From: Nanobdellota archaeon
GTDB lineage: Archaea > Nanobdellota > Nanobdellia > Woesearchaeales > GCA-2686295
DNA: 64,000 bases
Direction of reading: 5' to 3'
Assembly (NCBI GenBank): GCA_018819065.1
Contig: JAHJQL010000017.1
Coordinates: forward strand, 35,952-99,951
Position 1 is the stretch's first letter, and every line of letters starts with the position of its first letter. Shown here one piece after another: positions 37,500-47,762 of this stretch. The notes beneath the pieces are model-generated. The model was not told the origin of the DNA. It ran no database searches and was given only the letters and a program-made list of their open reading frames with translations. A program made the position numbers and the translations under genes.

Positions 37500-40361
37500 T
37501 CATATTTCTTTATTCCAGTCAACACTCCAAACAATCACTCTGTCGCCTGTCATTGATGTTTCTTCGCTGAATTTTTTGAAATGCTCAGTGTATCGTCCGT
37601 CTAAAAAGTAAAGCCTTGTGAACATTGACTGTGAAAGATAAGGACTGCTGACCATTGCGCGGTTGTTTAACTTATCATATAACACGTCTAATTGAAAATC
37701 AGAACTTTCTAATTCATACCTCTTTAATGAATCATCAGCTATTACTATATTGTTTGGTTTAGAATCTTGCTGACCTGCTAGTTGTCCGGTGTTTGGATCA
37801 ATAAATGATATGATAAAAGTGGATGCTTTTGGGTTTGAAATGTTTATCTTAACACCTGAAATAACCACTTGATGTCCTTGGTTTGAGTTGCCAAGACCAA
37901 GTCCTAAGTTGCAAAGTATAATTCCAGATTCATTTTTACAGCTACCCCAGTTAGCGCCTGCGTAGCTAGGCCAGGGAGCAATCCAGGCATTTGCTTCTTC
38001 ATCAGAAGTCAATGATTGTACCTCATAATAATAACTGGCTGCTTGGTCTTCTGTATAGTTAAATCTTTTAACTAGTATTTTTACAGCTGCATCCAAATCA
38101 TTAACATTTTTTACATTGTTATAGATAAAAGCCCTGTCAAAGTTCCAAGAACCAAAGTGAGCCCAAACACCTGCCTTGCCAACCATGTCGTTAGATGTAA
38201 TAAATAATGCTTCTGGAGGTTGGCAGTGGGTGTAGCTAAGTATTTTTTCAATAGCTGAATTATCAAATCCTATTTCCTGGAGGTAATCCTTTGCAGATTC
38301 TCTGTCTTTTTCTATAACTGCGTAGACTACATCAACTGATTTTTCAGTGTCATCATACTTTTTATCAACTTCTGTAAAAGCGTTGTTTGCGCCACAGTCA
38401 AGCATTCTTAAGATTCCAACAGCTTGGTGCTCGCTATCAGTCATTAATAGTTTTCCAACCCAGTGGGCTTGAGGAGTGTTTTGGCTTGTACCATCAAAAG
38501 TTACTGCTCTATCAGCTATTGCTTTGAAGAAGTGACCGTAATCCCACCATGAAGTTATTATTGCGCCTTTTGATGAGTTCTGCTCTATGTTTATCAATGT
38601 GTTCCACCAAGCATCGTTCATAATTGGAACGTCATTTCTGCCAATGTTATTAGCGGCTTTTACTGGTCCAATTAATAAAATCAATAATAAAACTATGAAA
38701 ATTCCTGAAGCAATTTTTCTATTAATTTTAAACTCTTTTGAGATGAAGTCTGATAGCACTGATTGTATGGTTCCAAAAGCTATTCCTAAAGCGATTGCAA
38801 ATGCTGGAACCATTAACAAGATAAACCTAACACCTTTTGTGCTTGCATAAATAGTTCCAACAAACCAAATGGTTAAAAACAACGCGTATTTTATATCAAC
38901 GTTTCTATTATCTTTAAGAAGTAATATCAAACCAATCAGCAGTGGCAACATGAACAAAGCTATGTAAATTATTGGCGACATATTAATGAAAGTTGTTGTT
39001 ATTAGTAAGAAATAAATAATTGCTCCAAGAATTATTAACAAAAAATCTTTTTTTGAAAAGTCATCTCTCTTAATCATTGTAAAAACAACCCCAAGGCATG
39101 CTATGAAGAATAGTAATTTGCCGCCATTTTGAGCAATAACTGCTGATATGGATGCAGGGTTTAACTCAGCAACTGTTGTGTAGACATTAGGCCAAAGGTT
39201 TGCGTGAGCTGCTTGTTTTATGATTGTAAAGCCCAAAGGACCTGTAAAAAACTGAATAAAATTGTTAAAACTAGTGATTAGCGTGACAAATAATCCTGAA
39301 AATGTGATGAATAAAATAAGTGCTATAGCAGGGCTTTTTATGTTGTTGTTAAAGATAGTTTTTAGGCTCTTTTTCTGAACAAGACCTTTGATTGCTGCAT
39401 AGAAAATATAGACTAATATTATACCTATTAAGAAGTCAAATATGTACCACCAGCCAGTCCAAGCAAAGCTGTATATCCCTACAAATAAGCCGCCAAGGAA
39501 TAAGTATATCAACTGTTTTTTGAAATTATCAGACTCAAAGGCTTCAAGGAAGAACCAAGCAATGAACAACGGAAATGTTACGTTGAAAGGATCAGTATCA
39601 GTAGCTCCCGCGGTTGTCCTGCCTAGGAATGATGAGTGAACAGCAACAATCATGGCAGCGACAAACCCTCCAAAGTAGCCAACCCTTTTTTTAGCTATGA
39701 AAAACGCTGGTATGACTGCAAAGACAGACATTAATATTGGGAGGAAGAAAAAATTCTTCATCACACTATTATCTGTGAATAAGCTCATGAATTTATGGTA
39801 ATAAAGACCTAAGTATAATATTAAGTTGTTTTCAGCAGGCCTACCTATTGGTGCAAACATGTGATCATCATAAGGTACACCATCTATAATTACATCTCCA
39901 TAGTGACCTTTTTCAAGAAGGTTTACAACATCTCGATAGAAGTAATAAGGGTCTATTGAACCTAAATAAGTCTGCCCTGTATCATCTTGAAAGTTTGACT
40001 TTAAGTTTTGAGATATTAAACTCACTTGATTATCAACAAGTTCTTTTTGCGACTCTAAGACTTCTGCAACCTGCTTTTCAATCAACTCGTTCTTGTTTTG
40101 AGCTGGCAGGTTTGGATACTGCTTGTTTACATCGTTTGAAACTTGATTTCTAATGGAGTTATAAACGCTGTTGTAAGCCCAATCATCAGTTACTGGCAAG
40201 TTATAAGACTGCGCCCTAACATAAACAGAGAAACTCATTGGAATAAGTATTAGCAGGATGATAAGCCAAGCGTTGTTTTTTGGTGAGCTAAGCTTTTTGA
40301 ACCAATTATTAACAGCAGTTAAGTCTATTGAGAATTCATCATCAGATTTCTTCTTAGCCAT
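37500..40361 (-). CDS. aglB: archaeal oligosaccharyltransferase AglB (STT3 family)
   Basis: Multi-TM N-terminal domain and the catalytic WWDYG motif (ITSWWDYGHFFKAIADRAVTFDGTSQN). 953 aa. Confidence 0.9.
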   Translation of the reverse strand: MAKKKSDDEFSIDLTAVNNWFKKLSSPKNNAWLIILLILIPMSFSVYVRAQSYNLPVTDDWAYNSVYNSIRNQVSNDVNKQYPNLPAQNKNELIEKQVAEVLESQKELVDNQVSLISQNLKSNFQDDTGQTYLGSIDPYYFYRDVVNLLEKGHYGDVIIDGVPYDDHMFAPIGRPAENNLILYLGLYYHKFMSLFTDNSVMKNFFFLPILMSVFAVIPAFFIAKKRVGYFGGFVAAMIVAVHSSFLGRTTAGATDTDPFNVTFPLFIAWFFLEAFESDNFKKQLIYLFLGGLFVGIYSFAWTGWWYIFDFLIGIILVYIFYAAIKGLVQKKSLKTIFNNNIKSPAIALILFITFSGLFVTLITSFNNFIQFFTGPLGFTIIKQAAHANLWPNVYTTVAELNPASISAVIAQNGGKLLFFIACLGVVFTMIKRDDFSKKDFLLIILGAIIYFLLITTTFINMSPIIYIALFMLPLLIGLILLLKDNRNVDIKYALFLTIWFVGTIYASTKGVRFILLMVPAFAIALGIAFGTIQSVLSDFISKEFKINRKIASGIFIVLLLILLIGPVKAANNIGRNDVPIMNDAWWNTLINIEQNSSKGAIITSWWDYGHFFKAIADRAVTFDGTSQNTPQAHWVGKLLMTDSEHQAVGILRMLDCGANNAFTEVDKKYDDTEKSVDVVYAVIEKDRESAKDYLQEIGFDNSAIEKILSYTHCQPPEALFITSNDMVGKAGVWAHFGSWNFDRAFIYNNVKNVNDLDAAVKILVKRFNYTEDQAASYYYEVQSLTSDEEANAWIAPWPSYAGANWGSCKNESGIILCNLGLGLGNSNQGHQVVISGVKINISNPKASTFIISFIDPNTGQLAGQQDSKPNNIVIADDSLKRYELESSDFQLDVLYDKLNNRAMVSSPYLSQSMFTRLYFLDGRYTEHFKKFSEETSMTGDRVIVWSVDWNKEI

Positions 40362-40504
40362 TAAAAGTCCCCCTTATTTACAACGAGTTATAACGTTGGT
40401 TTTATATAATTTTTGATTTCAACTTGGTTTGCCAAAGCCAATTATTTTCAGAAGCTGTTTTAACTGCGGCGAGATTTAAGCAAAATTGCTTAAAATATGT
40501 TGAA

Positions 40505-41791
40505 TCACCCACGATTTTTTAAAAGCCATTTCCAAACAGGCAAAATACTTATTTTTCTATTCCCAACTTTTAATTCTTCCTCTTCAGACATTGTTAATAT
40601 TAAAAGATTGTCGCATGAAAATTCTTTGCTTGCTAGCAGCAATGATCTTATTTCTCTGTCTCTTGTTTCAAAATTGGATATATCATAGCAGACCTGAATG
40701 AGTTCTTCTATTTTTTTGCCACTTTTTATTACAAAATCCACTTCGTTTTTAGTGGCGTTTTGGTAATATGCCGTGTCTTTATTTCTCCTGAGCAATTCAA
40801 CAAAAACCATGTTTTCCAGCAATCTTCCCTTATCATCTACGAAATTTATGCGCAACAGTCCGTTATCTATAAAATAAATTTTCGGAATTGATTGCTCTGA
40901 TTTCTTATATGATAATGAGAATTTATTTAGCATAAAAATAAAGAATGAGTCTTCCAAGTAGCCAAGGTAGTTGTATATTGCGTCTTTGCTGGACTTTATC
41001 TGTTGAGACTTTAAGTAATTATAAAATTTATTGGCTGAAAATTCTTTAGAAATCAATAACGCTCTCATCATTGTCTTCATCAAAAAGATATTTCTTATCT
41101 TGTGCCTTTCAATAATGTCTCTTAATATTGCTGTATCAAAAATATCTCTTAGTATCTTTTCTCTTTCTGTTGAGTAAAGTGCCACTTCAGGGTATCCTCC
41201 AAAATTCAAGTACTCATCAAAATAGTTCAGGATTATGCCTTCTTCTTTTGAAGATAGAAATTTAGGCACATTAAATGACTTAAAGGTTAAGAACTCTTTG
41301 AAAGATAATGGTAATATGTTGTATGTTAGGCTTCTTCCTCTCATGCTGGTTGCTAACTCTTTGCTTAAAAGCTTGGATGATGAACCTGTTATTATTACCT
41401 TGATTTTTTGATCAATGCATGTTCTTACAAACAATTCCCAATTTACTACATTCTGTATTTCATCAAGAAATAACCATAATTCCTCTTTCTTGTTTTTAGG
41501 AAAGATCTGCTGGTACGCTTCAAGCAATAATGAAAGATCTTTTGAATTTATTACTCCCAGGTCTCCACGCTCAAAATTTATGTAGATTGTTTTATCTTTG
41601 CCGTTTTTTTTTGCAACTTCTTCTGTAAGCATCAACATTTCAGAAGTTTTGCCTGCCCTTCTTGGTCCTATTAGAGAATAAGCTCTGTTTATGTTCAAGT
41701 CCAAAGGTATGTTTATGTGTCTTGATATTAAATTTTTGGGAGATGATTCGTTCCAGTCTTTTATAATTTTAATCCAATATTGCACATCCAT
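40505..41791 (-). CDS. AAA+ ATPase of the COG1373 / AAA_14-DUF4143 family
   Basis: Walker A GPRRAGKTS, Walker B LFLDEIQ, and the C-terminal DUF4143-like region common in archaea. Confidence 0.7.
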   Translation of the reverse strand: MDVQYWIKIIKDWNESSPKNLISRHINIPLDLNINRAYSLIGPRRAGKTSEMLMLTEEVAKKNGKDKTIYINFERGDLGVINSKDLSLLLEAYQQIFPKNKKEELWLFLDEIQNVVNWELFVRTCIDQKIKVIITGSSSKLLSKELATSMRGRSLTYNILPLSFKEFLTFKSFNVPKFLSSKEEGIILNYFDEYLNFGGYPEVALYSTEREKILRDIFDTAILRDIIERHKIRNIFLMKTMMRALLISKEFSANKFYNYLKSQQIKSSKDAIYNYLGYLEDSFFIFMLNKFSLSYKKSEQSIPKIYFIDNGLLRINFVDDKGRLLENMVFVELLRRNKDTAYYQNATKNEVDFVIKSGKKIEELIQVCYDISNFETRDREIRSLLLASKEFSCDNLLILTMSEEEELKVGNRKISILPVWKWLLKNRG

Positions 41792-41947
41792 ACAAACACA
41801 TAGAAGGAAACTATTTATAAATGTTTCCTTTCTTATCGGCTTTGATGTTTGAAATTTATAATGATCTTACAAATTCAACCACTCTGAATTCTTCGCCAAA
41901 TAGATTAAAGCTAAAAAAAGATATTAAGAACCCTTGTGCAACTTCTT

Positions 41948-43708
41948 TTAGTCCAAAGCAAGTTTTTCACTGTCCCAAACATCTTTTTGGTTGTCTTCTC
42001 TTTTGATTAAGAATTTATCAATCACTAAATAATCTATGCCTGTACCCATCATACACTTGTAAGCATCAAATGGTGTGCATACGATTGGCTCGCCTCTGAT
42101 GTTAAAGGATGTGTTTATCAGTATTGGAATGCTTGAGAGTTCTCCAAACTTCTTGATTAAATTATAGTATAAATGGTTTTGTTCTCGCCTAATAGTCTGC
42201 AAGCGCCCACTGCCATCAACGTGAGTTACTGAAGGTATTTTTTTGTGCCATTCTTTTTTTATTGGGTAAACCATTAACATATAATCAGTTGGTGCGGGGA
42301 TTGGGTTATCACACTCAAAGTATGTTAATGCATCATCTTCACAAACAACTGGTGCAAAAGGCCTAAATTTTTCCCTGTGCTTGACTTTCTCATTTAACAA
42401 CTGCTTTGCTTTTGGATTGCAAGGGTTTGCCAAGATGCTTCTGTTACCAAGTGCTCTTGGTCCCCACTCCATTCTGCCTTGAAACCACCCAACAACCTTG
42501 TTTTCAAAGATTAACTTAGCAGTTTGTTCTATTAAGTCAGATTCATCTTTGAAAGTTGAGTATTTTACCTTATTTTTGTCTAAGAAAACCTTTATCTCTT
42601 TTGTTGAAAATTCAGGCCCTAAAGATGCGTTTTTGAAAGGAAAAACTCTTTTATGACTAAGAATTGAGTGGTATATGTAAGCTGCAACTCCAATACTCGT
42701 TCCCCCATCTGAGGCGTTTGGCTGCATCCAAACATCTTTAAAAGGTGTGTTTTTGAGTATTTTGCCGTTGAAAACGCTGTTTAAGCCAACACCGCCAGAA
42801 AGAACTAATTTTTCACAGTTTGTAGCTTGATAAACATAGTTTAACATTCTTGTCATGACTTCTTCAGTTACTAATTGAAGGGCTGCAGCGATGTCTTTAT
42901 GTCTCTTTGTCATCTCAGATCCTTTCTTTGTAATTGGTCCTCCTAACAAATCACATAGTTTCTTTGAAGGCATCCTGTCAGAGTAGTGGTATTTGAAGTA
43001 AGACATGTCAAACCTGTAGCTGCCATCAGATTTTATATCAATGACTTTTCTTAGTTTTTTGTAATAAGGATTTGTTTTTTTATTCATGTCACCGTATGCT
43101 GAAAGACCCATGACCCGATACTCTGAATTATTCACACTCATTCCAAGATACGCCGTTATTGTTGAGTATAATAGTCCAATTGAGTGTGGAAACCTTATTT
43201 CTTTGAACAAGTGGATTTTGTTGTTTTCCCCAACGCCATAAGCTGTTGTTGTCCACTCACCAACGCCATCAACTGTTAAAATAGCTGCTTTTTCAAATGG
43301 GCTGACTAAAAACGTGCTTGCGGCGTGGGCTAAGTGGTGCTCTATGAATAATACGTCACCTTTGTATTTTAGCTTTTTTCTAATGACAGATGTAATCCTT
43401 AGCTTTTCATTCATCCAAGAAGGCATAAAGCTTAAGAAAGCCTTAAAGCTTTTTGGAAACATTTCTAAGTGCGAAGATATCATCCTCTCAAACTTCAGCA
43501 TCGGCTTTTCGTAAAAGCCAATGTAATCAACCTTGTTTACGCTGATTTTTTGATCTTTTAAGCAATATTCAATTGCATTTATCGGAAATGAGTTATCATG
43601 CTTTTTTCTAGTAAAACGCTCCTCTTCTGCAGCTGCAACTATTACTCCATCTTTAAGTAGCGCAGCTGATGAGTCGTGGTAATAACAACTCATTCCAAGT
43701 ACGTACAT
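41948..43708 (-). CDS. carbamoyltransferase (NodU/CmcH family)
   Basis: N-terminal GMSCYYHDSSAALLKDGVIVAAAEEERFTRKKHD, typical of NodU/CmcH/TobZ-type carbamoyltransferases. 586 aa. Confidence 0.85.
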   Translation of the reverse strand: MYVLGMSCYYHDSSAALLKDGVIVAAAEEERFTRKKHDNSFPINAIEYCLKDQKISVNKVDYIGFYEKPMLKFERMISSHLEMFPKSFKAFLSFMPSWMNEKLRITSVIRKKLKYKGDVLFIEHHLAHAASTFLVSPFEKAAILTVDGVGEWTTTAYGVGENNKIHLFKEIRFPHSIGLLYSTITAYLGMSVNNSEYRVMGLSAYGDMNKKTNPYYKKLRKVIDIKSDGSYRFDMSYFKYHYSDRMPSKKLCDLLGGPITKKGSEMTKRHKDIAAALQLVTEEVMTRMLNYVYQATNCEKLVLSGGVGLNSVFNGKILKNTPFKDVWMQPNASDGGTSIGVAAYIYHSILSHKRVFPFKNASLGPEFSTKEIKVFLDKNKVKYSTFKDESDLIEQTAKLIFENKVVGWFQGRMEWGPRALGNRSILANPCNPKAKQLLNEKVKHREKFRPFAPVVCEDDALTYFECDNPIPAPTDYMLMVYPIKKEWHKKIPSVTHVDGSGRLQTIRREQNHLYYNLIKKFGELSSIPILINTSFNIRGEPIVCTPFDAYKCMMGTGIDYLVIDKFLIKREDNQKDVWDSEKLALD

Positions 43709-43722
43709 TTTTATTTTCCCCC

Positions 43723-43983
43723 CTAAAAAGTTCTGTAATATTTTTCAATGTCTTTTTCTTTTAAGTCCAAATCATTCCAGTAAGACTTCTTTTTCTTATT
43801 CACCTTTAAATCTAAAAAATGTTTTTTGAAAACCTTTGCGAATATGGACGTTAAACCAACACCTACAAAGTAAACGATTGAAAGTAATAACGAATTAATA
43901 ATAACACTCACATCATGTCCAAAATCCATAAATCCTTCTTTAAAGCCTAAGAAGAAGTCTTTAATCAAACTCATCTCAGCCAC
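43723..43983 (-). CDS. small membrane protein
   Basis: 86 aa, one or two TM helices. It is in an operon position between the 75-aa membrane protein and the carbamoyltransferase. Confidence 0.4.
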   Translation of the reverse strand: MAEMSLIKDFFLGFKEGFMDFGHDVSVIINSLLLSIVYFVGVGLTSIFAKVFKKHFLDLKVNKKKKSYWNDLDLKEKDIEKYYRTF

Positions 43984-44198
43984 CTTCTCAGCATAACACC
44001 AATTAATGTTATTAAAAGAGTAAACAGTATAACATAAAAGAAAGACGAGCCAAACACAATCTTTTTAGAAAAAACCAGTACAAAGTATATAATTGTTGAA
44101 AACAACAAGTAAGCAGATAAAAAGCCGACTTTTTCACCAAAGCTAAAAACAAAATTGTTATTTTCAAAATCCATGAAGCAGAAGGAAAAACCACTCAT
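43971..44198 (-). CDS. small membrane protein
   Basis: 75 aa with two hydrophobic helices. It overlaps the downstream gene by 13 nt. Confidence 0.4.
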   Translation of the reverse strand: MSGFSFCFMDFENNNFVFSFGEKVGFLSAYLLFSTIIYFVLVFSKKIVFGSSFFYVILFTLLITLIGVMLRRWLR

Positions 44199-44250
44199 TA
44201 ATAAACTTTTTAGAAAAAGTTTAAATAAAAGCTTTCAATAACAATCAAAG

Positions 44251-44583
44251 TTGATGCAAATAATACAAATAATAGGAATACTATTCGCACTATTTGCGTA
44301 TAGCAGGACTATCCTAAGATTTAAAGACAAGAGAATTACAGCAAAAGAGTTCTTGTTCTGGACAATAGTGTGGGTGGGTGTGATAATTGTTGCAATAATT
44401 CCTGGAGTTATGAGTGGGCTGTCAAGATTTTTAGGAATAGGAAGACCAATCGATATAATCGTCTACGCAAGCATAATAATCTTGTTTTACTTGATATTTC
44501 GAATTTATGTTAAAATCGAAGATGTTGAGCAAAACATCACAAAGATAGTTAGAGAAACTGCAATTAGAAGAAAGAAAAAATGA
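44251..44583 (+). CDS. DUF2304-like small membrane protein
   Basis: 110 aa, 3 TM helices plus a basic tail, a family usually adjacent to glycosyltransferases. Its stop overlaps the GT4 start. Confidence 0.5.
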   Translation: MMQIIQIIGILFALFAYSRTILRFKDKRITAKEFLFWTIVWVGVIIVAIIPGVMSGLSRFLGIGRPIDIIVYASIIILFYLIFRIYVKIEDVEQNITKIVRETAIRRKKK

Positions 44584-45713
44584 ACATTTTATTTCTAACG
44601 GAATACTTTCCACAATCAGACAAAGGAGAAATATCTGGTGGAGTTGAAGCAAGATGTTTTTATCTTGCAAAAGAATTAAGTAAAAATCATAAAATCATAG
44701 TAGTAACTTCTTGGAGAAAAAGACAAAAAAGAGTTAACAAAATAGGAACAATCATTGTTGAAAGAGTTGGACCAAATCACAAATACTCAAATAAAGGAAG
44801 TATTTTCTCAAGATTATTGTTTGCAATTTATGCTTATAAAAGAGCAAAAATAAAAAAAGCAGACGTTGTTGATGGATTTAATTTCACAACTTATATTCCT
44901 GCCTATTTTGCAGCAAAAAAGATTAATGCCAAAAAGATAGCAACTTATCATGAAACTTGGGTTGGAGAATGGATAAAAAATAAAGGATTAATCACAGGAT
45001 TAATTGGTGAATTACTTGAAAGAATTACTTTAAAACTAAAATGGGATTTAATAATTGCAGTTTCTAATTTTACAAAAGAAAAACTAGAACAAACGAGCCC
45101 AGAATTAAACAAAAGAGTAGTCTACAACGGCGTTATGATGAATGACTTTGAAAAGATAAAAACTACAAAAGACGAAGGATTTAGGATTGTGTGCGTATCA
45201 AGGCTGATAAAAACCAAAAGACAAGAGACAATACTAAAAGCGCTAAAAGAACTAAAAGACGAAGAAATAACAGCAGTATTTGTTGGTGATGGAGATGATA
45301 AAGAATACTTTAAGAAAAGAATTAAAGAATTCAAATTAGAGAAACAAGTCAGATTCACAGGATTTCTAAAAACCAAAGAAGAAGTCATAAAAGAAATAAA
45401 AAAGTCACATGTATTAGTGCATCCATCTGCAGTCGAAGGATTTGGAATAACAGTAATAGAAGGAATGGCAGCAGGAGTTCCAGTGATATGCTCAGATATT
45501 GAACCATTAAAAGAAGTCACTAATAATGGACTATGCGGATTAATATTCAAACTAGATGATTACAAAGAACTAGCAGAAAAAATAAAAACATTAAAAAACG
45601 ACAAAGAAAAATATGAAGAGATGAAAGAAAAAGGGTTAAAAAGAGCGAAAGAATTTGAATGGAAAACAATAGCGAAGGAGTATGAAAAAGCAATAATAAA
45701 AAAGAGTTCATAA
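44580..45713 (+). CDS. GT4 (GT-B) glycosyltransferase
   Basis: The C-terminal EGFGITVIEGMAAGVPVICSD motif is the GT4 signature. Confidence 0.8.
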   Translation: MNILFLTEYFPQSDKGEISGGVEARCFYLAKELSKNHKIIVVTSWRKRQKRVNKIGTIIVERVGPNHKYSNKGSIFSRLLFAIYAYKRAKIKKADVVDGFNFTTYIPAYFAAKKINAKKIATYHETWVGEWIKNKGLITGLIGELLERITLKLKWDLIIAVSNFTKEKLEQTSPELNKRVVYNGVMMNDFEKIKTTKDEGFRIVCVSRLIKTKRQETILKALKELKDEEITAVFVGDGDDKEYFKKRIKEFKLEKQVRFTGFLKTKEEVIKEIKKSHVLVHPSAVEGFGITVIEGMAAGVPVICSDIEPLKEVTNNGLCGLIFKLDDYKELAEKIKTLKNDKEKYEEMKEKGLKRAKEFEWKTIAKEYEKAIIKKSS

Positions 45714-46273
45714 TGAAAGAAGAGATAAAAAAACAATTTGATGAACACATAACTGCTGTTAAGGACAATTTTGATTTGGCTGAAAAAGTTGAGAACGCTT
45801 CAAGGTTGATTATAGATGCACTTAAAAACGAGAAAAAGATTCTTATCTGCGGCAACGGCGGAAGCGCAGCAGATGCCCAGCACATAGCTGCAGAGTTAAT
45901 GGGTAAGTATGAAAAGATGAGACCAGCACTTGCTGCAGTGGCGCTGACAACAGATACAAACATGCTCACTGCTTGGAGCAACGATGACTGTTATGAAAAC
46001 GTGTTTTCAAGACAAGTCGAAGGACTTGGCGCTAAAGGAGATGTTTTAATTGGAATAAGCACATCTGGAAACTCGGAGAATATCATAAGAGCAATGACTG
46101 CTGCTAAGAAAAAAGGATTAAAAACAATCTCTTTCATTGGAAAAGACGGGGGAAATATGAAAGGACTTGCAGATGTTGAGATACACATAAAACATGACCG
46201 GACGTCAAGGGTGCAGGAGGTTCAAGAATTATGTTATCATATAATGTGCGGAGCTGTGGAGAACGCTTTTTAG
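45713..46273 (+). CDS. gmhA: sedoheptulose-7-phosphate isomerase (SIS domain)
   Basis: ILICGNGGSAADAQHIAAEL, GISTSGNSENI. 186 aa. Confidence 0.85.
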   Translation: MKEEIKKQFDEHITAVKDNFDLAEKVENASRLIIDALKNEKKILICGNGGSAADAQHIAAELMGKYEKMRPALAAVALTTDTNMLTAWSNDDCYENVFSRQVEGLGAKGDVLIGISTSGNSENIIRAMTAAKKKGLKTISFIGKDGGNMKGLADVEIHIKHDRTSRVQEVQELCYHIMCGAVENAF

Positions 46274-46310
46274 TTAACTATTTATATTCTTTTTAATTCT
46301 TAAAAAAAAG

Positions 46311-47756
46311 ATGAAAGAGAAACTCAAAAGGATAATTGGAGATTTTTCTAAGAAAAAGATTCTAATCATTGGAGACATAATGATTGACAAGTATATATAT
46401 GGTGAGGTTACTAGAATAAGCCCAGAGGCACCAGTGCAAATTGTAAAAGTAAAAAGAGAGGTTTACACGCTTGGTGGTGCTGGAAACGTAGCAAACAACA
46501 TCAGAAGCTTAGATGCAAAATCAGTTGTTGTAAGTGTAGTTGGAGAAGATAAAGAAGGCGAACTGCTAAGAAAATTGTTGAAGAACAAAGATATAAGTTT
46601 TGAACTTATTAAAACCAAGAAGCCAACCACAATAAAAACTAGGGTGATTGGACAACAACAACAACTTTTAAGGATAGACTATGAAAATATACAAGACGTT
46701 AACAGCGAACAATTATTAAAAGCAATCAAAAAAGAAATGAAGAATTGTAACGGCGTAATAATATCCGACTACGCGAAAGGAGTAGTCACAAAAGAACTTG
46801 TAAAAACGGTTGTTTTGCTAGCAGGAAAAAAGCCCGTTGTGATTGATCCAAAACACAAGGAGCTTGATTATTACAAGAACGCAACCATCATCACTCCAAA
46901 CGAGAAAGAAGCGTATGAATTAAGCAATTTAGATCTAAAAATAGATTTAAAAGAAGTAATAACTCATCTTGAAAACAAGCTAAACTGCAAAGTAATAGTT
47001 ACAAGAGGCGAAAAAGGGATTAGTTTTTTAAAAGAAGGAAAACAAATAGATGTACCAACAATAGCAAGAGAAGTCTACGACGTATCAGGCGCCGGCGACA
47101 CAGTGATAAGTGCATTGACGCTGGCTGTTTGCTCAGGAGCAGATTTAGAAGAAGCAGCGCTAATAGCAAACCAGGCAGCAGGGATAGTTGTTGGAAAGTT
47201 TGGAACTGCAACAACCACAAGAAAAGAATTATTGTTCGGGTTTGAGAAGATGAACGCAAAGATAAAAACAAGAGAAGAAATCATCCAGATAAGAAAAGAA
47301 CTAAAGAAAAAAGGTAAAAAAGTGGTGTTTACAAACGGCTGCTTTGACATACTACACATCGGACACGTAAGGCTACTTCAAAAAGCAAAGGAGTATGGCG
47401 ACGTATTAATACTAGGATTAAACACTGACGCATCGGTAAGAAGGCTAAAAGGACCAAGCAGACCAGTGAATAACCAAGAGGACAGGGCAGAAGTCATATC
47501 AGGACTAGAAAGTGTTGATTATATAGTATTCTTTGGCGAAGACACACCTGTAGAGATAATTAAGAAGCTAAAACCAGACGTGCATGTAAAAGGAGGAGAT
47601 TACAACCCACATGATTACAAACAAATGCCAGAAGCAAAGACAGTACATGAATATGGAGGAGTTGTAGAGATAATAAAACTAACAGATGGAAAGTCAACGA
47701 CAAACATAATTAATAAGATGAATTTTCTCCACAACGAAAAGAGTAGTTCACACTAA
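46311..47756 (+). CDS. hldE: bifunctional D-glycero-beta-D-manno-heptose-7-phosphate kinase / heptose-1-phosphate adenylyltransferase
   Basis: pfkB kinase domain (LGGAGNVANN, DVSGAGDTVISAL) plus a cytidylyltransferase domain (VVFTNGCFDILHIGHVRLL). The present C-terminus KMNFLHNEKSSSH appears non-native; see the remnant at 49429..49512. Confidence 0.85.
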   Translation: MKEKLKRIIGDFSKKKILIIGDIMIDKYIYGEVTRISPEAPVQIVKVKREVYTLGGAGNVANNIRSLDAKSVVVSVVGEDKEGELLRKLLKNKDISFELIKTKKPTTIKTRVIGQQQQLLRIDYENIQDVNSEQLLKAIKKEMKNCNGVIISDYAKGVVTKELVKTVVLLAGKKPVVIDPKHKELDYYKNATIITPNEKEAYELSNLDLKIDLKEVITHLENKLNCKVIVTRGEKGISFLKEGKQIDVPTIAREVYDVSGAGDTVISALTLAVCSGADLEEAALIANQAAGIVVGKFGTATTTRKELLFGFEKMNAKIKTREEIIQIRKELKKKGKKVVFTNGCFDILHIGHVRLLQKAKEYGDVLILGLNTDASVRRLKGPSRPVNNQEDRAEVISGLESVDYIVFFGEDTPVEIIKKLKPDVHVKGGDYNPHDYKQMPEAKTVHEYGGVVEIIKLTDGKSTTNIINKMNFLHNEKSSSH

Positions 47757-47762
47757 TATAAA

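Noticed and set aside
38587-40153. Short plus-strand ORFs inside aglB
   Set aside because: Antisense frames; aglB is supported by WWDYG and multi-TM topology.
45122-46188. Minus-strand ORFs 45122..45550, 45547..45981, 45560..45748, 45991..46188 inside GT4/gmhA
   Set aside because: Low-complexity Ser/Phe/Leu-rich antisense frames of well-supported plus-strand genes.
47020-47359. Minus-strand ORFs inside hldE (Leu/Arg-rich)
   Set aside because: Antisense artefacts of hldE. hldE itself has clear kinase and adenylyltransferase motifs.
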